Below, piece by piece: positions 46,742-59,693 of a stretch of 64,000 nt of DNA (the stretch's first letter is position 1; each line of letters starts with the position of its first letter). The stretch is taken from positions 1,922,001-1,986,000 of the forward strand of contig JBHGNT010000010.1 of the NCBI GenBank assembly GCA_043228905.1. Direction: 5' to 3'. The translations under genes were made by a program, and so were the position numbers. This DNA is from Azolla caroliniana. Taxonomy: Eukaryota > Plantae > Polypodiophyta. Below the pieces are notes generated by a model. That model saw only the letters and a program-made list of their open reading frames with translations. It made no database searches and was not told the DNA's origin.

Positions 46742-49700
46742 TAGTGGAAGTATGTATATATGTTATATATATATATATATATATATTTTCAAAATGAAGC
46801 TACTTTTCCGTTAGTAGGAAGGATTATTACAAAGACTATACAAGGAGGCTTATACACAAAATGGGGAATCTTTCTCCGATGAAGTTCAAGAAAATGAGAC
46901 TACTTACATAGCCTTTCAAACTTACTACCTAAAGTAAGTAGATACCTATAGCTCAAAACGGTGCCCTTCAGTGTCGGTCAGTATGAGCCGACTCTTGGGG
47001 CCTACAACTAAGGGAGGGTGGCAAGTGAGAAGGAAACAACCAACGTGGGGGCTGGTAGTTCCACCTTGGGCCACTTCCTCTTTGCGTCACAATAGGCATG
47101 TTCTGCCATTTCTGCCAAAAGCGCAAACGGACAGTGACCACATCATTGGTGTGGATGCAAACCTCATCCAATTGCCCTCGTAGGCAGCTGATAAGCGTGA
47201 ACTATATATCCATGATCACTTCCTTCGGGGGTTGTACCAGATCTTGGAAGACCTTTAGGTATCGTGTTTTCCAGACATACCACAGGGTGAAGCCTGCGAT
47301 CAACATCCAAATTTCCAAGAACCTAGGGGATGCGGACAACCAGTCTCTCTCAAAACGGATCTTGATGGCTTTGCCTCTCATGCATAGATCGCACCAACTA
47401 TCCGCATTGAACGTGTTTGTCCACCTATCAACCGCGTGATCAATCCATGCCGCAACACTCCACGATGTTGTTCCTTCCACTTCACATGCCGCAAGGAGGC
47501 AAGTGACTCTATCCCATTCCTTTTGAGCTTGAAGGCAATCCCACAGACAGTGTCTCAGAGTCTCAATAGGTGAAGAGCAAAGTGGGCAACCTAACGGGCC
47601 GCCACGTTTACCTAGCCATTCGCCAACGGGAACCACATTATGACCGATCTGCCACTAAAAGAGCTGGATCTTTTTGGGCATGTGGAGACGCCAGTGACCC
47701 GTCCAAAAGGTAAGGAGCACCTCGTAAGGGATGCCCAATGTTCGCCAGCCATTGCAAAGGGGACCATCGAGCTGCAGTTGTAAAGTCCAACCCAATTTAG
47801 TGTTGTATTCAAAGAAGTGGCGTAGTTTGCCATCATGTTTCCACCTAAAATCCCTTGGGTCCCATTCTAATTCGACGAGGAGACGAGAATTGTATACCTA
47901 TAAATTCCAATGGGGTTCCACCTTAGCAACATCCGGGTCTGTCTTCTAGATGTTATCAACCTGCACCACCACTCGAACTAAGTGCCAAGTGCCCCTACTC
48001 TGCCTACTCTGCCTCTCCCCAAAACATGTATCTCTTCCCGATCCACTCACGCCATTCAACAACTTAACCATTCCAACCTCATCAAAGAGACCGAACCATG
48101 CATCTTCTTGCACTTCCCCCATTGGAACCCTGTCAACTACCTCAGCTATCAATCTCCGCATTTTCATAGCTCCCTTGAGGGGAGAGAATGGGTTCTCCTG
48201 GGCTCCCCCTAGAGCAACCATGTGGCCCCAATCGTCTATAGAGTGAAGCCTTGTCTATGCCAACTTTCCCCATACTAGGCCCTTAAGCTGCCCTAACATC
48301 ATGTCATCACTTGTTCACACCTGGGGATTCCAAAATAAAGGTTGTCTAGTCCACTCAATTAGTGTCTCAGGGGTGTGCTTGACCAAATGTTGTCGCACAT
48401 GACACCATGCCCGCAAGATGGAGTTTGTTACCTTGTCCTCCGGTTGACAAGCCATCTTGGGTGGGACTCCGCTCGTGCAACACCAGTTCAAGGAGTAAAG
48501 CCAAGACCTACCATTCTTGGGAGTCCCTTCTTGTAACCTGTTGTGAAGTAGTACTTTCCAACACCCCTTACTTGGTAGGAGGCAACTAACCACCATTTTG
48601 GCAGCAATGCACGACTTTGCGTTAAGGGGTCTATGAGGCCAAGCCCCCCTTTGGCCCACGGTTGCGTTAACCAACCCATGACACTCTGGCAGTAGCCATT
48701 GGGTTCTCCTTACCTGACTATATAAACCCCCTGATGGCAGCCTTAATCGAATGCAAACCTGTAGGGTCCATAATCCAACATGAGATCGAGGGCCACATGG
48801 TGGCAAGCATCACTTGGTTGACAATAAGGACCCTACCAGCAAAGGATAATTTAGATCTACTCCATTTATTTAGCTTCCTGCTTATTTTGGCTTGCACATG
48901 GGACAGTTGCACTCCCTTGGGAATTGCCCTCCCCATCATAAATCCTAGGTACTTGAACGTCGTCCCATTAGGGACCCATGTAAAATTGGCATGGGGATGC
49001 CACCTTGGTTTCTCTTGTTCGCTGAACCAAAGGCCTTGGGTTTTATCCCAATTGACCTTGGCACCAGGCCTGACAAAAGTCCTCGACTAGATGTTTAGCC
49101 CGCTACAAATTCTCCTCATCACCTTGCAAGAAGAGGACCGTATTGTCGGCATATTTAGATAAAAGAAGATATTCACTTGCATTAGGGATGGTCGATCCCC
49201 TCAATTCATTGCTTGGTGCTTGTAAGTAGGCAGAGAACGCCTCGGTTACAAATAGATAGAGATATGGGGCTAGTGGACAACCTTCCCTCACTGAGCGTTG
49301 TAGTTGGAAGGAGGGGTTCGTAGCACCCGCTATCAGCACGCTACTGGTAGTAGTCTGATAGAGTGTAGAAGTGCAAGTCCACCATTTCTAGGGTAGGTCC
49401 ATAACTCTCATCATGTTTTCCAAGAAGGTCCATAGTACCCTATCGTAGGCCTTCTTGAAGTCTAGCATCAGAATAGCCGAGCTCGATACGGAGTGATCTA
49501 CTAATGCCATTACTTCCCAGAGAAGCAGCACATTATCAAAGATACACCTGCTCCTGATAAACCCTGTTTGATTCTGATGTATAATGTCTGGTAAGAGGCT
49601 TGCTAACCACCGAGCGAGGACTTTTGCGAGTATCTTCTAGATCGGGTTAAGGATCGTTATTGGACGCCACTGGTGCAACTTCATGCTTCGCTTTGAGAAT

Positions 49701-50242
49701 GAGATAGATCATCCCCTCTGCCATACCGGTCGGCATCGTTCCCGAGGTCCAAATCTCCTGAACCTTGGCTTCGAGCGACAGGATAACATTTTCCCAATGG
49801 ATCTCAAAAAAATCTTGTGAGAGACCATCGAGGTCGGGGCATGCTCCTATCCGCAAATCCCTAAGTGCCTCTGAGAGTTCTAATCGAGATATGGGGCTAT
49901 CAAGCACAACTTCCATCACTTGGGTTACCTTGGGGTAAATGCAAGTCATTACCCGATCAACCAACTTCGTGTTTTGCCTCATATGCATAGGTGCAAGTAG
50001 GTCTCGATAGTATTACGTTGCCATATACTGAATCTCATCCTTGTCCTGCATTATTGAGCCATCTGGTTTGCGCAACCCTTGTATACATCCACTACCACCC
50101 TTGGGAGCCTTGTATTGAAAGAAATGTCAGTTGACCCTATCATCTGTTTTAGCCCCCCACGCCACGGTTCTTCTAAATAGCATTCGGTTCCTCTCCGTCG
50201 TCCTTTCGTGCACCTTCATCTTTGCTTCCTCCAGCTTAGATC

Positions 50243-53200
50243 TGTTGGGAAATCAGTCTCTCCGGATGGGATTCGGTAATGAATAAAGGAGACCCGATGA
50301 GAACCGGAAGAGAACCGGTGAGAACCGGAAGAGATCCAAAAACCGGATCGGTGGACCCGGTAAGAACTGGACGAGAAGACAAATTTGTTAATATGTCTTG
50401 AATAAGCCCATTGAGGCTATATTTGTAAATAGCCCTAAGTTCATATAACTATAAATATGACCTAGGGCAATTACTTTAGATAAGTGGTCGTAGATTGAGT
50501 TGTTGTCATGTTGCTGTAACTATTGTACAAAGAGTGAGGGAGAGAGAGAGATACAGAGTGATACTCTGTTGTAACCGCCATTGTGGGAAGAAACAGAGCT
50601 TGAGGTCGTTGCCTCCAAGTCTCTGATTGTATCCCTTCTCTTCATAGTGATAGTTCAGAGTCTGTGGGCTCCCGTGGTTTTTCCCTATTAGGTTTCCTAG
50701 GTAAACATCCTGTGTCATTTTTCTTGTGTACTCTTCACTTCCCATTTCTGTGTTTGATTCTTATAGAAGTGTTTTACTACTCGGTTGTGGCCGAGCGATA
50801 TTCCGCATATTTCTCGTCAAACTGGCATCAGAGCGAACAACACAGAAAATGGAAGAATCTTTCGGCGGCATGTTCAAGCTCACCGGCTCCAACTACTCAG
50901 TGTGGAAGTCGAAGATGAGGGACATGCTAGTGGTTAAAGATCTTTGGTTGCTGGTTCAGTTCGGGGACAAGAGACCGGATAAGATCGACGCCACGCTGTG
51001 GGAGGTGATGCACATGAAGACGACGCCATGCATCCGGTGCTTCATCGACATGAGCATGTACAACAACTTCAATGAAGAGAGCAAGGCTCATGAACTTTGG
51101 GAGAAGATCAGCATCATGTTCAAGAACAAGAATGCCGTTAATCGGGTTTCGGTATTTTGGAAGCTAGTGAAGCTCCGGTACCAAGACGACTCCAGTATGG
51201 CGGAGCACATGAATGCCTTCTAGGGGCTAATACACCAAGCAACCTCGTTGGAAGTACCTCTCACCGATGAGATACTTGCTCTACTACTGCTCGGTTCCCT
51301 CCCAGATAGCTGGGAGACGTTCGTTGTCACGTTGGGTAATGCCGGGCCGGAGGGAAAACAGATATCCTTAGCAAGAGTCAAGTCGATCTTGCTAGATGAG
51401 GAGGCGCATCAGAAAGACAAGGAGGTGATCTCCGACGCCAAAGCCCTCCTTACCGAATTGGAACGCGGAAGACAAAGGAATCGGAGTCCCCAAAACCAAG
51501 AAAAGTCAAGGACACGGTCAAAGTCAAGGGGGAGGCCCACTTGTTTCTATTGCGGCAAGTCGGGGCACTTTCAGAAGAACTGTCGGCATTTCCGGAAAGA
51601 CAAGAGAATCGACAGTACCGATTCAAAGAAGTCACCGGACCGAAACGGTTCGGATCGGCGAGGCCCGGACCGGAAGGGAACGACGGCAATCACGGCAAGT
51701 GAAGAAGAACCAATGCTCATCACCGAGGAGAGTGAGTTGAACCTTGCCGTCGACGAGACAACGTGGGTTGTCGATTCCGGAGCGTCGTTCCATCTTACCC
51801 CGGACCGGAAATGCTTCTCATCCTACATAGCTAGTGAGCACGGTTGTGTCCGGATGGGGAATGAAGGGACATGTTGAATTATCGGCATAGGAGATGTGTT
51901 GTTGACGACATCAACTGGATGCAAGTTGCTATTGAAGGATGTCCGATACGTTCCGGAGGTTCGACTAAACTTGATATCAGCCGGTCGGCTAGATGATGAA
52001 GGCTACACAGGTAGCATCCGGAACGGTGTCGTGAAGTTCTGCAAAGGGAGCCTAATAGTTGCTCGAGCCCGGAAGGTCAACACCCTGTACTTGATGAATG
52101 CCCAGATATGACGGGGAGAAGTGAACGTAGCATCCGACACTGTCGGTGAGTTGTGGCACAAAATACTGTGTCACATGAGTGAGAAGGGGATGAAGAGGCT
52201 TGCCGAAGACAACCTCATTCTGGTGAAGGACGTGCAACTTGAGAAGTGCACCAACTGCCTGGCCGGCAAGCAAAATCGCACCTCCTTCCGGTCAAGACCA
52301 CCTATGAGACGGAATGCACCACTGGAACTGGTGCATACCGATGTGTGTCAAGTCGACACAAAGTCACATGCTAGATCACAGTACTTTGTGACGTTCATAG
52401 ATGACCACAGCTGGAAGTTGTGGGTCTCACTGTTGAAGACGAAGGATCAGGTGCTAACCGTCTTCAAGGAACTCCACACGAGAGTGGAAAGAGAAACTGG
52501 CCAGAAGCTGAAGGCGGTTCGAGCCGATAACGGAGGAGAATACTGGGGGCAGTTCGAGGAGTACTATCGCTCGAAGGGAATCCGGCTCGAATTTACCGTG
52601 CCGAAGATGCCGGAACTCAATGGGTTGGCCGAGAGGATGAACCAGACCATAATGGAGAGGGTCCAGAGTATGCTAGCACATGCCAAGTTACCCAAGAAGT
52701 TTTGGGCTGAGGCGCCAACGACAACGACGTACGTGATAAACAGATCCACCTCAGTACCCTTGGACGGAGACATGCCGCAGAGAGTGTGGACTGGTAAGGA
52801 AGTGTCTTACTGACGACTGAAGGTGTTCAGGTGTCTTGCTTACGTGCATGTGGCAAAGTACCGGAGAGAAAAGTTGGATCCAAAGTCTCAGCCTTGCATA
52901 TTCCTCGAATACGACGATGATGAGTTCGGTTACCGAGTGTGGGACCTGGTCGACAGAAAGGTGTTCCGGAGTCAGGACATAGTCTTCATGGAAGACAGGA
53001 CCATTGCCGACTGGGAGTCGGAGAAGAAGGTGACGAACTCCGGATCATCCATTGAAAACCAACATAAGGACAAAAGGATATACCCAGTTGGAAACCAGAT
53101 GTTAGCCGGTAACCCGATGACACTCGACGAACCAGCCGGATACGGACAGGAAACCGAACCGACCGAAGAAGAAGAAGAAGACACCGGAACTGGGCAAGAT

Positions 53201-55015
53201 CCCGAATTGGATTAAGATGAGGAACAAATGGAGGAACTGGCAATCAAAAACCAAGGACGGAGATATCCTCTCTGGGAGAGAAGAGCCCCCTAAAGATTTC
53301 TAGATGTAGAGCATGTATTGCTAACCGATGAGGGGGAGCTGAAAAGCTTCGAAGAAGCAAAGAGAGACACCCACAACCGCAAGTGGTTGAGTGCCATGTA
53401 GGATGAGATGGATTCCTTGCATGAGAACCACACATACGAATTGGTGGAGCTACCGAAAGGAAAGAGGGCACTCCGGAACAAGTGGGTGTACAAGTTGAAA
53501 CTGGGAGACGTCGGAAATCCACCAAGGTATAAGGCCTGAATCGTGGTGAAGGGCTTCCATCAGAAGAAAGGAGTGGACTTCGATGAGATCTTTGCCCCGG
53601 TAGTAAAGATGACATCCATTCGGATGGTGCTGAGCATAGTGGCAAGCATGGACCTCGAGGTAGAGCAACTAGACGTCAAGACAGCGTTCCTCCATGGTGA
53701 CCTTGAAGAGGAGATCAACATGCAGCAACCAGAAGGATTTGAGAAGAAAGGGAAGGAGCACCTGGTGTGCCGGTTGAAGAAGAGCCTATACGGACTAAAG
53801 CAGGCTCCCCGGCAATGGTACCGGAAGTTCGACTCCTTCATGACTGATCAAGGGTACCACAAGACGTAGGCCGATCATTGTGTATTTGTGAAGAAATTTG
53901 ATGGAGGAGATTTCCTGATATTGCTCCCGTACGTGGACGACATGTTTATCATCGGACGAGACCAAGTCAAGATATGGACGCTGAAGAAGGCTCTGAACCG
54001 GACCTTCTCATTGAAAGACTTGGGTCTAACAAGATAGATATTGGGGTTGCATATCATCCGGGAGCGGTCAAAGAAGCAATTGTGGTTATCACAAGAAAAG
54101 TTTGTAACAAAGGTGCTTCAACGGTTTAACATGTCAGAAGCAAAATCGGTCGGATCGACACTCCCGACAAACTGCAGATTATCCGATAAGCAAAGCCCGA
54201 ACACAAAGGCAGAGAAGGCGGATATGATGAAGATTCCATATGCCTCTGCGATCGGGAGCTTGATGTACGCAATGGTGTGTACTCAACTAGATATTGGATA
54301 CGCAATCGGAGTGGTGAGTCGGTTGATGACCAACCCCGGAAAAGAGCACTGGAATGCGGTCAAGTGGATACTCCGGTATCTGAAAGGTACTTCGAGTATG
54401 TGCCTCCGGTTTGGCTCCAGTAATCCCCAACTTGACGGATTCACGGATTTGGATATGTCGGCTGATGCGGATACCAGCCGGTCTACATCCGGATATGTAA
54501 TGACTTATGCGGGGGGAGCTGTATCATGGCAATTGAGGCTGCAGAAGACGGTTGTCAACCACGGAGGCGGAGTACATGGCAGACGTGGAAGCCGACAAGG
54601 AAATATTATGGATGAAGGACTTCATCGGAGATCAAGGGATCTGACAAGAGGAATACCGGCTCTACTGCGACAGTCAAAGTGCCATCCACCTTGCAAAGAA
54701 CATGGCATACCATTCCAGAACGAAGCACATTCAACGCAGGTACCACTGGATCCGGGAGTGAGTTGAAGATCGAGAGTTCGTGCTGACAAAGATCCACACG
54801 GAGGACAATGGGTCGAATATGTTGACCAAGGTGCTGACACCCGACAAGCTGGACGCATGTCGAAATAGATCGGATTGACAAAACATCCTATACCGGAGTG
54901 AAGGGGGAGATTGTTGGAAAATCGGTCTCTCTGGATGGGATTCAGTAATGAATAAAGGAGACCCGGTGAGAACCGGAAGAGACCCAGTGAAAACCGGAAG
55001 AGATCCGGAAAGCAG
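50243..55015 (+). mobile_element. Decayed Ty1/copia related to the intact element, inserted in LINE ORF2
   Basis: 5' LTR 50243-~50819; PBS TGGCATCAGAGC 50823; gag-pol from 50849 broken by many stops; PPT 54900-54909. The 3' LTR starts at 54912 and is cut at 55015. Confidence 0.92.
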
Positions 55016-56006
55016 TGTCGCGTTATTACGCGCGCGCGTCTAGAAGGGGCGGGACCACGGGGGTCTCGGACGAGGGAGAAGAGGGATGCCAAGAAAACCG
55101 ACACCGAACACGACCCGGTTGCAACCGAACACAAGAGGGAGGGAGAGAGACAAAGGAGAGGGAGAGCGTGCGCGCGTCACCAACTCTTATGCACAGGAAG
55201 CAAGAGCTTGTGCTTCCGACACCACTAAAATACACCAATGTGCACAGACAAACAAGAGTATGTATATTACAAGAGAAATAATACAACCCCGGCTTCGAGC
55301 CGGACCAAGGTAGGTTAAAGCCGCAGTCGGCTGCCAAGCCGCCGGTCGGGGAGCTCACGGGTTGTCACACCGAGCGGGGTCTTGCACAGGAGACCGAGCA
55401 GAAGCAACCCTACAAAGGGGAAAGATACAACCGCGGCCACGAGCCGGCTACGCACAGAAGAAGAGAAGTTAACCTAACAACTTTGCCGCCATAGCTCTCG
55501 CCCGAATTCTCGAGAAGGAGAAGAAGGAAAAAAAAAAGGGAAAGAAAAGAAGGAATGTAGCTAACCCTAGAAAAGAAAACACAAAATGGTATACCCTTAT
55601 GACTCAAAATGGGCAACTCCTTTCACAAAGGGCGCTCCCTTCCTTTTATAGAACAAGGAGAGGGATGCGTTACAATGTGGGATAAATCTCGACTTACATG
55701 GGATTCTCTGTCCCGACTTCACTCCTACTATTCACACATTTTTACAAGGGTAAATGCACATGGTGCACCCTGCCGATTCTTTCGATATTTCCCGGTTTCT
55801 CACCATGGCTCGGAATCTTCACAACATCCACCCCCACCAAACTACACGTCCACCGGTACGTGCCAAGTTCGGAGAAGGGTGAGAGATTTCGGCCGGTGAG
55901 GGACCGGTCTTCCGTAATCCGCATTCCGGCTGCGTGTTGCCCTCGCCGGTCCGAACCGTCGGCTCTATTTCCTTCTCCGTGTTTGCCTCCCGTAGGCTCG
56001 TTCGAC
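55016..56006 (-). mobile_element. GC-rich LTR-like sequence inserted in the Copia 3' LTR (right end uncertain)
   Basis: Begins TGTCG exactly where LTR homology stops; minus-strand CTATAAAAG at ~55643-55651. LINE sequence resumes at ~56007 without the rest of the Copia LTR, implying a deletion. Confidence 0.5.
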
Positions 56007-59000
56007 CTGGCTTCATCTTTGCACTCTTCATTATCTTTGTGGGGATTTTCACATTGAGGCTCCCTTTGCTGCCGTTGGGTGGGTTAAGGTGTAGTCTCAT
56101 CAGCTGGTGATCAAAGAAGGAGTCCCCCAGCTCTTCAAGGGACGAGCTGATGTATATGCGGTCTAGCCATGCAAGGCTACCACCCCTAACATTCATGGAG
56201 GCTCTGGAGAAGTGCAACGAATGTGAGCATCTCCTAAGGGAAGAGCCCCATGTATCTTTCACTCCGATTTTTCCAATTAGGAAAGCCCATGAATCTAGCT
56301 CCTCACCACGAATTGGTCTTTGGGTTCTCCCTTTCTTGTCTCTCGGGTGCTCAGTCATGTTAATATCACCAACCATTATCCATGCCTTTGCATCAGGTAA
56401 TGTGGTCACTAACATCTTTCAGAAGATTGCTCTCTCGGGGGATGAGTTAGGGGCATAAATGTTTAGCACCCCAATATGTAGGCAATCCATTTCAGAAGCA
56501 CATATAAGGCTCTACCCGCGACCAACGTGCCATGTGATGTTACTTTGTATCGGGTAGTGGGACTTCTTTCTAAGGGAAGACCTTGAGAGGGGGGGGAGGT
56601 CCCACCTAGGCTTCCAAGTTTACCCATCTTCTTAACGGGTGCCAAGGAGTCTCGTCACCCTTAGTTGACGCGGCCTTCCCCAAGGATCGAGGTCTCGAGC
56701 TTCCCTTTCCAATTTATGAGGACACTCCTTAGCAAGGTGTCCTTCTGTTTGCAAATGAAACACTTCCCAGGGAGTGCCTCATAAACCACTTTCAGCACTG
56801 TGAGACCTAGCTCCTCAGAGTAAAGCCTAATTCTTTTTGGTAGTCCTTGGAGGGAAAGAACTAAGATGCGCAACTTGGGCACCTCCGCAATTGTATTTGC
56901 CATAGACATTTTTTGAGGGAAAATCATCCCTATCTGTTCGCCAATAAAAGGAATCAGATGGCACAAGTGGGGAGGGAGGCTAGAAAATGTTGCGGTGATC
57001 ACCCTAGGGTTGTTAAGTTTTCGTAACTCTTCACTTGGATCGAACCCTGGTGACCATGGTTGGAGCAACACCTTGTCGTACTTCAATTCAAGTACCTTGA
57101 GCTCTACCAAAGGTTGTGCCAATGCATCATCACCCATTTCAATGTGGAAGAAAATTTTCCCTAAACCCTTGACGCTCTTGATCGAAGGCATGTTCTCCAT
57201 CACATCCACTTGGAGCATGTCCCGAACCATGCCACGATTTGGTCTACCTGCCGCAAACCTAAAGACAAAGGACGTACGACGTGTCGTTCGATTTCCTCCG
57301 CTAAGAGTCGGTTGGCCTCTAGGGACAAGGTGATGTCTAAATTTGTTCTTCCTTCTCCGGGTAGTGAACTAGGATCTATTAGAAGTTCGAATCCTCTCAC
57401 CATATCAAACTATAGGTTCTGTTTTTTTCCATTTTCTGTTTTTCTCTTCCCTTTTTTTTGCTTTTTTTTTCTTCTTCTTCTTCTTCTTCCTTTTTTTTTT
57501 TGGGGGGGGGGGGGGGGGGGAGGTGTTGCAGTGGGTACCTGACATCAAGTCTGCTGAAGCGGCGACCGCTAGCCGTGAACCTAATCGCACAGAAATACCA
57601 CAAGCCACTGATGAACGACCAAAACTCCCTCCTGCGCTAGCCCCTGCGCTCTCTCTCCTCCCAAAGCATATATATGTTATATTGATTTATTCTTGTTTAC
57701 ATATGTTTGCTATCTATTATTGGAGACCTTACAAAATGCACACCTCTTCATGTGAAGGGATATGAAAGGGGCACATTTAATTTCCTAACGAGAAAATACT
57801 AAAATAAGATAATATTAATATGTTTTCTATTATATAACTATTCTAACACCTCCCTCTTAATGTAAACCATTTAAGTTCTTCGACTTTTGTAGATAGATGC
57901 CAATTTTATTACAACAATTCCGATGTTTTTGATGTGACACCAGTTTTGTTAAGAAATACACCCACATTCTTGTTGTTCAGGTGTACTATAACAACATTTC
58001 TTAACATTGGGACATTTGACACAAGTAATATGTCGCATTCCCTTTTTGATAATTACGTGAGATGTCAAGAATTACTTTCTTTTTTAAAACTTTTAAGAAC
58101 ATATAACGCATGCATACAAGATTTTTAAAGACACCACTCAAATATGTAGTTAATATTTTTAAGATTAAAAGTTTAACCTTCATTTATTCAATCTATAATA
58201 AATTGTTCCAATTCTTAGAAAAGATGACGGGAAGACATGCAATTATAATTGTAATATGCTTCATTGTACTGAATGTTAAATTCAAATCCAACTTAACAAA
58301 TTTTGAAATGCAATTATGTGTGTGTATTTGTTGAGCTAAGACTTATAAAGATCGATCTGTCGAGTTTGTAAATAGGGTTTAAGGTTATAAGTAAAACAAT
58401 ATTCGTGAAAACAAATCTCACGAGATACCACGCATGCAAAAAACCACTACGCAAATTATATGTCAATCATGTGGACAAACATGAACACATAATCATATGA
58501 GCAACCATCTTGACTTAATATCATTGTGTTTACCCAAAACTACTTTACCAAGAATTATTACAACATAAATCATATTAATAGGATACCAAATATACTTAAA
58601 CACTAAGTTCAATTACATTAACCGAGAAACAATAATATCTAACATTTGTCATACACTTGATAAGTTAAAAGCATATGTTCAATGGAAACTATACTAAGTA
58701 ACCATATACTCTACAAGTCATGTAATATATTATAGACACATTGAGTTAGAAACACCAATAGGATAGAGTAAAGATAAAATGTTACTGTAAGATTATACTC
58801 AAACCAAAAGTTCTTACAATTCAAAATAATGTTCTACAAATACAAAGCAGTATACAATTCATTCCATTAATAAATCTGGAACCGATTGCTCTCCAAGATC
58901 AGCAAGTTGTTGTGTCATATCCGCTTTTTCCTCTTTGGTCTGCTCAACTAAATCTAGCATTTGTTCGGACTGTAGTACATCCTCGACATCGACAAGGTCC

Positions 59001-59693
59001 CCTCCTTCATCTATAGGTTCCATCGGTTCTCTGGAGGTCAACTTGAACATCTCAGTTTCATTAATATGATTTGCCCCAACCTCTTGGTCTTGGTCGGGAC
59101 AATCCAAATACCTAGTGCTTTCTACAAGAACTTGACGCACTGCATCGAGATCTCGTATACTACAATTTGACATCTTTCCAAAACTAGATTAAAAAAAAAA
59201 GCATCTTTACGGAATCTTTAGGGAACCTTAAAATCAATTAAAAATAGATGCTTGGCAATTTTCTTTCCCTTGTTCATGGTGTTTGCATTGAGTCAAGGTG
59301 ACCAAGGAGACGAAAACTGAGAGTCTGAGATAGCTTGTGTGCTCTTGATCTCTTGAAAATCTTGAACACGATAATGACAATGAGAATATGACTTTCATTT
59401 ATATAGTAATAATAATTTATTTATTTCTTTTAAATTAAATAAAATTATTTTTACTTGTGGGTTATTATAGAATAACTTTTTCTATTATTTTCACTCATTT
59501 GATCTTAGTCGGCCTTAGTCAAGATGTCCTCAACATCAAGTAAAAACTATCTATTTTCTATTGAGTCTTTTACATTATCTGATAACTCATTATTCTCAAC
59601 TGAGGAATATAACCATGTAAAAATTAAACGGTGCCAACATAAAGAGTCCAACGATGATATTGGGCAAAGTTCAAATTCACTTTTCTCAATCGA

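Larger units (their letters stand above)
46769..57668 (-). mobile_element. Full-length but decayed L1-clade LINE with nested LTR elements
   Basis: 14-bp TSD TATATATGTTATAT (46755-46768, 57669-57682) and (TA)n 3' tail. ORF1 remnant at ~56661-57400 (CFICKQ). Endonuclease at ~56010-56640 (GDIN, LDRIY, DHQ). RT at ~48700-50240 (VREGCPLAP, YADN). Zn finger CPLC..HCLWDC at ~47530-47590. Confidence 0.9.

Noticed and set aside
57470-57520. Poly-T/poly-G run giving Pro/Lys/Glu-rich ORFs
   Set aside because: Simple sequence in the LINE 5' region; homopolymer lengths are unreliable.
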